NCBI GenBank assembly: GCA_035545475.1
Contig: DASZYI010000144.1
Coordinates: forward strand, 15,306-79,305
DNA: 64,000 bases
Source of the DNA: Rhizomicrobium sp.
GTDB taxonomy: Bacteria; Pseudomonadota; Alphaproteobacteria; Micropepsales; Micropepsaceae
Reading direction: 5' to 3'
Shown: positions 21,422-30,427 of the stretch, piece by piece
Layout of the letters: each line of letters opens with the position of its first letter
Position numbering within the stretch: the first letter of the stretch is position 1
Notes under the pieces: generated by a model
Databases searched by the model: none
Told to the model about the DNA's origin: nothing
The model's input: the letters and a program-made list of their open reading frames with translations, nothing else
Made by a program: the position numbers and the translations under genes

Positions 21422-21468
21422 ATAAATACCATTGAATTTATTGAGGAATATCGAGATTTCACGAAATA

Positions 21469-21487
21469 TACCAACAGAAGTACCAAC
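21469..21487. repeat. TACCAAC direct repeat, integrase arm-type site candidate
   Basis: TACCAAC-AGAAG-TACCAAC about 50 bp inside the att core. Confidence 0.55.
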
Positions 21488-21712
21488 GGCGATCCCTAGG
21501 TTCGTCCACGCCTTCGTCGAATCAGAAAGGGCAAGATTTGTCTGGCGAGTGCATTGAACGAAAGGCTCAAGGATAAGCAGTTCTGAAGCATCAAGAGGGG
21601 ATGGTGTCGGCGGCACACAGCTATGAGCATCGAGCTACGGGTATAGGAGCGAACGCCACCCTCGGGGCAGTGCGCTTCGGTTCTGGCTCGACATCACAAA
21701 CCTAGAGCACCG

Positions 21713-22069
21713 CTAGGGGTCGCATCCCTCGTTTAGCAACTGCAGCAAGGAAGGCACGCGGACCAGACGCCGCCGACCCAACGTGGTGCTATCGACTTTT
21801 CCCTTACGCATCAATTCATAGAATTTGGTCTTTCCAAGACCCGCCGCGCTACACGCTTCGGCTACGGTGCACGTCGGGCGCTCACGAAACGGAATACTAG
21901 AATGTCTAGACAGATGCGATCTTCCGCTCTGCGGACTAATATCTTTTTTTGCTGCATGGGCCCGGATCCGCTTGTGAGCGCTTTCGGCTGGGTAGGTAGT
22001 TTGATCCGTCTGCCTTTCATCGGCCAAGGCGGAATATCCTACTTTTTTGTCTTGGTTTTCCGCACACAT
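21713..22069 (-). CDS. Excisionase-like helix-turn-helix protein (start uncertain; domain lies in the C-terminal ~60 aa)
   Basis: TVAEACSAAGLGKTKFYELMRKGKVDSTTLGRRRLVRVPSLLQLL. Confidence 0.7.
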   Translation of the reverse strand: MCAENQDKKVGYSALADERQTDQTTYPAESAHKRIRAHAAKKDISPQSGRSHLSRHSSIPFRERPTCTVAEACSAAGLGKTKFYELMRKGKVDSTTLGRRRLVRVPSLLQLLNEGCDP

Positions 22070-22355
22070 CTAACGTGCCTTCTCCTTCGAACACCGCTCA
22101 ACTCGCGCGCTGATGACGCGACCTAGGCGATCTGATTTACTCAGTTGGCGCGTTGTGACAAGTCACTGGCGGCCTCCGCGCGGCATTCTGCAGTACAAAC
22201 GTAAGAGGCTCGACATCTCCGCCGGGGCCCTAAAATGGATTACCCAAAAAGGTCGATCCCGAAGCGATGACGGGCTGAGCGGAAGCTTCGACACAATAAT
22301 TGTATCGAGGCTATCGAAGCCTACACGGCAGGCCAGAGACGCTATCATTATCGAG

Positions 22356-22380
22356 GTCAGCTTTGCGCCCCAAAGCGGAC
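22356..22380. repeat. GTCAGCTTTG-CGCCC-CAAAGCGGAC hairpin at the acyl-CoA dehydrogenase truncation point
   Basis: 9/10-bp inverted repeat; resembles the GTCCGCTTT...AAAGCGGAC motif frequent in alphaproteobacterial accessory DNA. Confidence 0.5.
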
Positions 22381-22399
22381 ATCGGAATTGTAAGAAGAA

Positions 22400-22852
22400 A
22401 ATCGGCTTGTAACTGCCCCGCCAGCATGCCGAGCAGAAGCGTCTTCTTCTGCTCGTCCGTTCCGAAATCGCGGAACATCAGGATTTGCGGGAAGTTTCCG
22501 ACGACGGAGCTTTCGTTCTGCAGATCGTTGTGCAGGCCCAATCCCTTTGTCGCCAAATGTTCACGGATGATCGCCATGGCGAGGTTGCCGATGTTCTTGC
22601 CGCCGAATTCTTCCGGCAACGCCAGCCGCAGGAACCCGCCTTGTCGGCGCGGCGGCGCATTTCGCCCAGCAATTCTTCCCATTCCTTGCGCGGCAAGCCG
22701 CCATGTTCGAAATCGGTGCGCGCCCATTCGCGGTGGTGATCGAAGAAGCGGTCGCTATCGTCCTGTTCCTGAAGCGGTTTGATCTCCTTGTCGATGAAAG
22801 CATCGATCCGGATCAGCAAGTCTGTGATTTCCTTGGGTATCGTGAAGTCCAT
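22400..22852 (-). pseudogene. Acyl-CoA dehydrogenase, frameshifted and 3'-truncated
   Basis: MDFTIP...RRRADKAG in one frame continues as FLRLALPEEFGG...LGLHNDLQNESSVVGNFP in another (1-nt loss near 22635); homology fades near 22400. Confidence 0.85.
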
Positions 22853-22860
22853 GTTACGCT

Positions 22861-24450
22861 TCAATTTATTTTGCGGGTCCTGCCTGCCCAATACCTCTCT
22901 CTGAGTTCGCGTCTAAGCACCTTCCCGCTGGCGTTCCTTGGCAGAAGCTCAACAAAGTCTACGGTCTTGGGCGCTTTAAACCCGGCAATTCGTGAGCGGG
23001 CAAATGCGATAATATCTTCGGCAGTCGCGGAATGATTTGGTTTCAGGACAACGATTGCCTTCACAGCCTCACCCCACTTTTCATCGGGTACGCCAATGAC
23101 AGCAACTTCGGCCACGTCTGGGTGGCCATAAACTGCGTTTTCGACTTCGGCCGGATAAACGTTCTCTCCGCCGGAGATGATCATGTCCTTTACCCGGTCA
23201 TGTATGAACAGATATCCTTCTTCGTCGAGATATCCAGCATCACCCGTTCGCAACCATCCCTCTTTGTCAATTGTTTTTGCGGTTGCCTCGGGCAGATTCC
23301 AATATCCGGCCATGTTCCACGGAGATCTGGTGGCAATTTCGCCAACCTGTCCGGTGCTCAACGCGTTTCCACGCTCATCAACGATTTTGATCTCCACAGC
23401 GGGTAATGGTCTTCCGGCCGACCGCATTCGGTCGTTCCCATTTAAGTCATGATCCTCGGGAGGGAGAACCACTATCGTTCCTGCCGTCTCGGTCATGCCA
23501 TACATCTGCGCAAAGCCGCAGCCGAAAACCTCGACAGCTTCGCGAAGCAAATCCAACGGTATGGGCGAAGCGCCATATCCCAAATGCTTTACCCGCGAAT
23601 AATCTGTCGAGCGAGCGCGCGGATCGCGCAAAACAATCTGTATGGCAGACGGCACGAGAAAGAGCTTACTCACACCTTCATTGGCGATATAATCTAGAAC
23701 CTTGTGGGGATTGAATTCCCTGGCGACGACGTTTCGCGCACCATTGGCGATACCCCAAAATCCCCAACCAGATCCGCTGATGTGTGACACGGGCATTGCC
23801 ACAAGGCTTATGTCATCGGTTGTCCAGATGTTCCAATCCAGCTGTGCGGTTTTCATTATTTTGTGGGTCAGAATAAAATTGGAGTGCTTAAGCATCGCAC
23901 CTTTCGGCCGCCCCGTGGTGCCAGAGGTATAGAGCTGGATCGCGATATCGGGTGATGCAAGCGGAACGTCAGGCGGGGTGATCGGTTGCGCATCGCGCCA
24001 AGTAGCAAAGCTTTGCCATTTCGATGTCCCACCTTCCATGACCACAACGGTTTGAACATTCGGAGCATTCGACAGTATGTCACTTGCGATGCCGATAAAC
24101 TCTGGACCAACAAAAAACAATTTTGCTCTTGAATCGTTGACGATGTAGCAGACCTCTGGCGGCGCCAAACGCCAACCTATCGGCGTCGTTACCGCACCCG
24201 TTTTCGCCGCGCCAAGAAACAGCTCGAAATAGACATCGCTGTTCTTTCCGAGATAGCAGATACGGTCGCCCTTTCTTATGCCTGCCGCCAGAAGCGCATT
24301 GGCCACCTGATTGGTATGCCGATCGAACTCGGCGAAGGTGGTGTTCCGCCCCTCAAACCTGAAAGCCACTTCGTTGGGGCGCGTGCGCGCGAAGTGCGGC
24401 GGCACATCGGCGATCGTCTGCCAATCGGCTTCTTCGATCGTTCGGATCAC
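22861..24450 (-). CDS. Long-chain fatty-acid-CoA ligase / AMP-binding enzyme
   Basis: QLYTSGTTGRPKG, YGMTE, RTGDAG, DRVKDMIISGGENVYPAEVE, PRNASGKV. Confidence 0.93.
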   Translation of the reverse strand: MIRTIEEADWQTIADVPPHFARTRPNEVAFRFEGRNTTFAEFDRHTNQVANALLAAGIRKGDRICYLGKNSDVYFELFLGAAKTGAVTTPIGWRLAPPEVCYIVNDSRAKLFFVGPEFIGIASDILSNAPNVQTVVVMEGGTSKWQSFATWRDAQPITPPDVPLASPDIAIQLYTSGTTGRPKGAMLKHSNFILTHKIMKTAQLDWNIWTTDDISLVAMPVSHISGSGWGFWGIANGARNVVAREFNPHKVLDYIANEGVSKLFLVPSAIQIVLRDPRARSTDYSRVKHLGYGASPIPLDLLREAVEVFGCGFAQMYGMTETAGTIVVLPPEDHDLNGNDRMRSAGRPLPAVEIKIVDERGNALSTGQVGEIATRSPWNMAGYWNLPEATAKTIDKEGWLRTGDAGYLDEEGYLFIHDRVKDMIISGGENVYPAEVENAVYGHPDVAEVAVIGVPDEKWGEAVKAIVVLKPNHSATAEDIIAFARSRIAGFKAPKTVDFVELLPRNASGKVLRRELRERYWAGRTRKIN

Positions 24451-25700
24451 AGAACGCTTCCCAATTTCTTGGGCGAAACCAGGTGACGACTATCGGAAGC
24501 CGGCGGCATGAATTGGCCAAATGAAGAGAGCTCCTTGGATGCTTTACGGAACATACGTTCAGCACATAGCACCAGAGCGGTGGCCAAAAGCAGCAAGGAT
24601 ATGGCCAGCCACAGGCAATAAGTCTGACTGACGAATGCTTTTAAAACAAAAGCCGCGACCAACGGCCCCAATGCCAGTCCCAGAAACTGCATTGGCAAGG
24701 CAAAGGTCACCACCCTGCCTTTTGAATCGATTGCGGCGAGAAGGCCCATGAAATACGCGATGCTGAAGAGCCAGCAGAACATGAACATGCCCGTGGCGAG
24801 GCCGAACAATGCGGTCATAGAGCCCAATGCCATTCCGGCAACAACCGCTACCAAAGTTAAAAGCCCGAGAAGCAGCGGAACAGACCGGCCGAAATAACCA
24901 CCGATGCCGGCCACCACAACGCCCGAGGCCATGCCAAAGAAAGTGGAATTGGTGAGCGCCAACGATACATTATCTCGCGGTAAACCCATCGCTATGCCCA
25001 GTTGCCCCACCAAAGGCCACACGATGCCGATGGCGATATATAAGCAAAGCATTGCCGCAAGACCCAAGATACTTGCCGTTAGCGTTCTCGCATCCATCCG
25101 CTCCATTTCAGGTAACGCGCCGCCAAGAGTTGCTGTTACCGGTGCATGGGCGGGCAGCCGCACAAGGAAACCGGCAGCCAAAACAGTTACGACGCTCATG
25201 ACGTAAAATACCGCAGAGCCGTTGCCAGCGTTTGTGAGTTGCCGCACCACAGCAAAGAAAGCCATCGCCACCGCGGTATTGATAACAATCTCGATGGCGA
25301 ATATGCGGTCGGGCACCTTAACCCCCGCAAACGATCCGACCATAACCGCGATCGCCAGTCCCTCACCCGCACCTGCAATAAAGCGCAAGGCCACAAGTGC
25401 GTGATAGGAACTGATCAGCGCCGTGGCAAAATCTGCGACAGCTGCAAGCGTTATGGCTGTGAGACCAAGCAGTCTGCGATCTATTGCTCCCATAAAATAT
25501 GAAACCAGAACCGTGGCTGCCGTAATGCCGAAACTCTCTGCGGAAGCAACGAAAGCGGCCTGATAGGTCGGCAAGCCGTGAGATTGTGTTAGCGCGATCA
25601 CGATTCCCGGCATGATGATACCGATACAAGAACCGCATTCGCCGGTTCCGATCATGGAAACGATTGCCGACAGGCTATCGTATTGGTCGCGCTTTCTCAT
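24447..25700 (-). CDS. MFS transporter
   Basis: About 12 hydrophobic segments, LRFIAGAGEG motif; ATGA coupling on both sides. Confidence 0.85.
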   Translation of the reverse strand: MRKRDQYDSLSAIVSMIGTGECGSCIGIIMPGIVIALTQSHGLPTYQAAFVASAESFGITAATVLVSYFMGAIDRRLLGLTAITLAAVADFATALISSYHALVALRFIAGAGEGLAIAVMVGSFAGVKVPDRIFAIEIVINTAVAMAFFAVVRQLTNAGNGSAVFYVMSVVTVLAAGFLVRLPAHAPVTATLGGALPEMERMDARTLTASILGLAAMLCLYIAIGIVWPLVGQLGIAMGLPRDNVSLALTNSTFFGMASGVVVAGIGGYFGRSVPLLLGLLTLVAVVAGMALGSMTALFGLATGMFMFCWLFSIAYFMGLLAAIDSKGRVVTFALPMQFLGLALGPLVAAFVLKAFVSQTYCLWLAISLLLLATALVLCAERMFRKASKELSSFGQFMPPASDSRHLVSPKKLGSVL

Positions 25701-27667
25701 CCGGCGGACCGTTTCTGATTGTTGGGATGGGTAACCGCATCGTTTCTTCGAACGATCTCAAAGTCGTTCAGCCGCGGATGGCGCAGGGCCTGCCAATATT
25801 CATAGCTGCCCCACGGCGCCATGACGGCGGATCGGCCAAACTCATTCTGGTAATAGGATGCCTGACCGGGAGACATCCAAATCGTTTCGGCCAGACGTTT
25901 ATCCAAGTGAATATTGTACGCATCAAAGGCATCCTGGCGAACTTCGACGGCTTTCCAATCATTGGCTATCATGGCTTCGAGCCATTGAAGCGCATAACGT
26001 GTCTGCGTCTCGCCCCACATGACGGGATTTCCGTTTCGCGGATTGGCATTGGGGCCATAGAGCGAAAAGAAATTCGGCATGTGAGGAATCGCCACGCCCC
26101 AAAACGCGCGGGCTCCGTCGCGCGCCCATACTTGCTCAAGTGAAATGCCGTCCCGACCTTCGATCTTCATTGGCCAAAAGAATTCGTTGGCTTTGAACCC
26201 TGTAGCGAGGACGATGATATCGGCCGGTACTTTCTGGCCACTGGGGGTGACAATGGTGTTTTCTTCGATCTTGCTGATACCTTCGGAGATAAGGGTGACG
26301 TTGTCTCGCACCAGGGCATCGAACCAACCATTGTCGACGATGATTCGCTTGGCCAGCGGTGGATAATCGGGCAAGCATTTTTCCATCAGATCTGGCCGGT
26401 GCCCGATCTTGCTTTCCATATAGGCGATAAGACGGTCGCGCAGTTTCTTGTTTGCTGCGCTGACGGTGTGCTCATCCTGCCATTCCGGATCGACGCCCCA
26501 AATCGGAAAGGCATGAGGTCCGGCAATCATCCAAGCCTGAATGAATCTCGACCAATTGCGATAAAATGGAACATTGGCATCGAGCCACAGCGCTTCAGAT
26601 GGAAGTTCATCGCGATAGCCGGCGATGGGCGTTACCCAACCGGCGCTCCTCTGGAATATTGTAATACTCTTTGCGCTGGGTGCGATGTCAGGGACCAACT
26701 GCATACCGCTCGCACCAGTACCGATCACAGCCACGTGCGCGCGAGTTAAATCATACTGCGCCGTCAGTTCAGTGGTGTGGATGATGCGGCCGCGAAAGTT
26801 TTCAATGCCCGGTATTTGTGGAACAGCGGGGCGATCCAGCAATCCAACCGCCATGACGATTGCGTTGGCGTGGTGGAGCTCTTCTCCGCCGTTCTTGCTT
26901 TTGACGCGAGCAATCCATTTTCCGGCGTCTTCATTCCAGCTCAGTGCGGTGACTTCGCTGTTTAAACGGAGGTTTGGTCTCACTTCATAATGATCAAAAC
27001 ACCAGTTTAGATATTTCTCCGTATCCTTCTGCGGAGAAAAAGCGGAGCGAAATTGGTGCTGGATGCCGAAGACGTGAGAATAGATACGGCTTGGAAAATC
27101 CACTCTCGCGCCCGGGTAGCGATTTTGGTGCCAAGTTCCCCCTACGCCAGCATTTTTCTCGAACACCGTGAACGGAATGCCGGCTTGCTTGAGTTGTATG
27201 GCGGCGTTGGCGCCTTCCATGCCCGCACCGATCACGATCACGTGGAACTGCTCTAGCTGTTCGGTATCAGGCTTCTGTGACCACCGCAGGCGACGCGCCA
27301 GCGGATCGAGCGCCAGCTCTTCCGTCCAGAACTCGACTTCCTGTTCGTCGACAGGCTGCCCCACAGCGATCGACATCGCTTTGGCAAGCCGGTCCCGCGA
27401 ATGGATATCGGGCGGCTCTGACTTTCCATCGCGATAGGATTTGAGCAGATCCAATGCCTTTTTGCGAAGCACACCCATTGCTTGTTCTTCGGTCAAGCCC
27501 GGTATCTCGCCGATTGCCCCGTCGATTTTGCCGACCTTGATCTGAGCCACTTCGGTATCCGCTGTGGCATGGTAGATGAGCGCCGCGAGCACAAGCGGAT
27601 CTGCAAACGCAAGTGCCGCCTGGAGTTCGCTATCACTTGCATTTGCCAATGCTGAACTGATTATCAT
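25697..27667 (-). CDS. Baeyer-Villiger monooxygenase, long N-terminal (HAPMO-like) type
   Basis: GAGMEG, GGTWHQNRYPGARVD, GTGASG, KR motif, LATGF; fingerprint FRGRIIHTTEL (W replaced by L). Confidence 0.88.
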   Translation of the reverse strand: MIISSALANASDSELQAALAFADPLVLAALIYHATADTEVAQIKVGKIDGAIGEIPGLTEEQAMGVLRKKALDLLKSYRDGKSEPPDIHSRDRLAKAMSIAVGQPVDEQEVEFWTEELALDPLARRLRWSQKPDTEQLEQFHVIVIGAGMEGANAAIQLKQAGIPFTVFEKNAGVGGTWHQNRYPGARVDFPSRIYSHVFGIQHQFRSAFSPQKDTEKYLNWCFDHYEVRPNLRLNSEVTALSWNEDAGKWIARVKSKNGGEELHHANAIVMAVGLLDRPAVPQIPGIENFRGRIIHTTELTAQYDLTRAHVAVIGTGASGMQLVPDIAPSAKSITIFQRSAGWVTPIAGYRDELPSEALWLDANVPFYRNWSRFIQAWMIAGPHAFPIWGVDPEWQDEHTVSAANKKLRDRLIAYMESKIGHRPDLMEKCLPDYPPLAKRIIVDNGWFDALVRDNVTLISEGISKIEENTIVTPSGQKVPADIIVLATGFKANEFFWPMKIEGRDGISLEQVWARDGARAFWGVAIPHMPNFFSLYGPNANPRNGNPVMWGETQTRYALQWLEAMIANDWKAVEVRQDAFDAYNIHLDKRLAETIWMSPGQASYYQNEFGRSAVMAPWGSYEYWQALRHPRLNDFEIVRRNDAVTHPNNQKRSAG

Positions 27668-28710
27668 CGCGTCACCTGTGGGTTATAAGCCGCAGTTCGG
27701 GATATCGAGAATTGGAATTGACCTGAGTCAAGGCGATACACTCGCCTGGCTGTATCCCGGAACAGCAGCGCTTTTTCGTCGGCAGACGCACCTTTCGATA
27801 TGCGCTTAAACGCATTCCACAGCGCCGTGTAGCTGCACGAAACCTTGTCGACGGGGAAATTGCTTTCGAACATGCATCGCGCCGGGCCAAACGCCTCGAT
27901 GCAAGTTTCGACATAAGGTCTCCAAGCAGCGGCAAGCTCCTCAGACGTTACGGGCGCGCTCCGCTCATGAAAGCCGAAACCGCACATTGCCATCCCCAGA
28001 CCACCAAGTTTCATGACCACGTTTGGGCATTTCGCAAGCTGCGCAATGGAGCCTTTCCAGTCAGCAAACACACTTTCGCGATTTCCGTAGGGACCTGTGC
28101 CCAGTAGACCACCGACATGATTGGCAACGATTGAAATATTGGGGAAGGCACGCGCGAGATCGATCAACTCTGGCAATTGAGGATGATATTGCCATGCATC
28201 GAATGAGAGATTGAAATCTTCAAGTTTTGCAAAACCTTCCCGAAACCGTGCATCGGCATAGAGACCTTTTTTCGGATCGGAGTGGCTGTTGCCCACTTCC
28301 GGGCTGGCGTCCCAACCCGCCGCATGGCGAATGCCGCGAAAACGATCGGCAGCGGCCCGGACATGTGCTGCCAACACGTTTTCCACCGCAGCGCCCGTGG
28401 AAAAATCGGCGCGCCCCACGATTCCTTCGCAAATCCGCACCGCGCCATATCTGTTGCTGGCAGACATGGCCGCCACGCCGTTGGCAAATTCTGTTTCGCC
28501 CACGAATTGCAGATCGCCCACACTGTCAGCGTTGTAAAATGCCGTGCACTCGACAAACACAGTGCTTTCCACCTTGTGGCCACTGCCAATGTCCTTCAGC
28601 AGCGCGTCCATCATGTATGGGCTTATGAAGCCTGGTATCTGCGCAGGGAAATCCCACAGGTGGTGGTGCGCATCACAAATCGCCAGATCGGGTTCGATAA
28701 TGTCTTCCAT
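27664..28710 (-). CDS. Amidohydrolase_2 family protein, putative lactonase
   Basis: DAHHHLWD, FRGIRH, LSFDAW, NHVGG, KLGGLG, MFESNFPVD. Confidence 0.88.
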   Translation of the reverse strand: MEDIIEPDLAICDAHHHLWDFPAQIPGFISPYMMDALLKDIGSGHKVESTVFVECTAFYNADSVGDLQFVGETEFANGVAAMSASNRYGAVRICEGIVGRADFSTGAAVENVLAAHVRAAADRFRGIRHAAGWDASPEVGNSHSDPKKGLYADARFREGFAKLEDFNLSFDAWQYHPQLPELIDLARAFPNISIVANHVGGLLGTGPYGNRESVFADWKGSIAQLAKCPNVVMKLGGLGMAMCGFGFHERSAPVTSEELAAAWRPYVETCIEAFGPARCMFESNFPVDKVSCSYTALWNAFKRISKGASADEKALLFRDTARRVYRLDSGQFQFSISRTAAYNPQVTR

Positions 28711-28726
28711 CCGACTGACGTCCTAT

Positions 28727-30418
28727 TCAAGAAACAGCTGCGGTGCGGCTCGCATGTGTTCGCGTCAGGCAAAAGTCTTCATATCCTTCGGCTGCCGATT
28801 TATCGCACCAGCCGGAATATTGCTTAAAGCCACCGATGTACATCATTGGTACCCGCGGTTTCCCGGGGATATTGGACCCGAGATACCAACTATCGACTTG
28901 CGAAACGAGAAACTGGTTCGTCACCTCATTCACATGGCCAACCCATCGATCCTCTGTGTCTGGAGAAGGTTCGATGGAAGCAAATCCATTTTGCCATAAG
29001 TAAGAGATGCAATCTCCAACCCACCGAACCTGATATTCCGACAAAAGGATCGGATGGAAGAATGCACCTGGGCTTCCGGGCCCGTCTATGATGAAGAGAT
29101 TGGGAAACCCTGACGCCATCAATCCGAGATATGTCCGCGGTCCGCTTGCCCAATGGCTTTGAATGGAGAGGCCATTTCGTCCGCGAATATCCATGCGGGT
29201 GAGAGCCCCGGTCACCGCGTCGAAGCCTGTTGCAAAGACCAGGCAATCGACTTTGTGTTCCACACCACCCTGAAGCTTGACACCATCGGCCGTAATCTCC
29301 TCGATAGGAGACTTCTTTAGGTCCACCAACGTCACATTCTGCCGATTGAAAGTCTCAAAATAGCCGGTGTCGGCACATAACCGTTTGGTTAGTATGGGAT
29401 GACTTTTCGGCGTCAGGGCTTCCGCGACAGCCGGATCCCCGACACGTTCGTGGATTTTTCCACGCACGAAATCGGCAAGGGTGCTGTTCGCTTCCCGACT
29501 GGTGTAGAGGTCGGGAAAGGAGTTGTAGAAGCAAAGGCCGCCCGAATTCCAACGATATTCGAAGTCTGTGAGCCGCTCCTCATGAGATACGTCGAGCGCC
29601 AGCGCGCTCTGCGGTTCGGACATTTGGAAATTGACGCTGACGTAGCCACCAGGAGCTTCCCATTCGCGACGACGCCATTCGGGATAGTTCGTTTTCACCG
29701 ATTGTTGAAATTCTGGGTGCATCGGCTTGTTTCGCAAGGGAATGCTGAAGTTCGCCGTGCGCTGGAACACATAAAGATGTTCTGCCTGCTGAGCGATAAT
29801 CGGGATCATCTGGATACCCGATGAGCCGGTACCTATAACTCCGACGCGCTTTCCAGAAAAATTTACACCGTCGTTCGGCCAGTCGGCAGAATGGAATTGT
29901 TTGCCGCTATACCGGTCGAGCCCCGGGATGGCCGGTTTGTTGGGTGCCGACAGAAAGCCGGTTGCCATGACGCAGAATGTTGCGCGAAGCGTGCTTCCTT
30001 TATCGGTTTGAATGGTCCAGATGTTTTCAGCCTCGCTGAATGCCGCAGAAGTCACGCGTGTGTTAAGACGGATGTGGCGGCGCAAATCGAATCTGTCCGC
30101 GACATGATTGGCGTATTTCAGCAACTCCGGCTGGCTGGCGTATCTTTCGGTCCAATTCCATTCCTGCTGAAGCTCTTCGGAAAAGGAGTAACTATATTCG
30201 ACGCTCTCTATGTCGACGCGTGCACCAGGGTAACGGTTCCAATACCAGGTCCCTCCCACTCCACTACCCGCTTCGCATACACAGACCGAAAGGCCCCGCT
30301 CCCGCAAATGATATAGCGCATAAAGCCCAGCAAACCCGGCACCGACGACAACGACGTCAAAGGTTTTGTCATCGGATGTCTGCGCAGCTCGCTTGACCGT
30401 TTTTTCTGCCATACCCAT
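28727..30418 (-). CDS. Baeyer-Villiger monooxygenase, CHMO/PAMO/steroid-monooxygenase type (start 30418 or 30412)
   Basis: GAGFAG, GGTWYWNRYPGARVD, YSGKQFHSADWP, GTGSSG, KRLC, FATGFD. Confidence 0.93.
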   Translation of the reverse strand: MGMAEKTVKRAAQTSDDKTFDVVVVGAGFAGLYALYHLRERGLSVCVCEAGSGVGGTWYWNRYPGARVDIESVEYSYSFSEELQQEWNWTERYASQPELLKYANHVADRFDLRRHIRLNTRVTSAAFSEAENIWTIQTDKGSTLRATFCVMATGFLSAPNKPAIPGLDRYSGKQFHSADWPNDGVNFSGKRVGVIGTGSSGIQMIPIIAQQAEHLYVFQRTANFSIPLRNKPMHPEFQQSVKTNYPEWRRREWEAPGGYVSVNFQMSEPQSALALDVSHEERLTDFEYRWNSGGLCFYNSFPDLYTSREANSTLADFVRGKIHERVGDPAVAEALTPKSHPILTKRLCADTGYFETFNRQNVTLVDLKKSPIEEITADGVKLQGGVEHKVDCLVFATGFDAVTGALTRMDIRGRNGLSIQSHWASGPRTYLGLMASGFPNLFIIDGPGSPGAFFHPILLSEYQVRWVGDCISYLWQNGFASIEPSPDTEDRWVGHVNEVTNQFLVSQVDSWYLGSNIPGKPRVPMMYIGGFKQYSGWCDKSAAEGYEDFCLTRTHASRTAAVS

Positions 30419-30427
30419 TCCTACGCT

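Noticed and set aside
20876-21616. 246-aa minus-strand ORF crossing the att site
   Set aside because: Mostly antisense to ribF and spans the island junction; no domain signature
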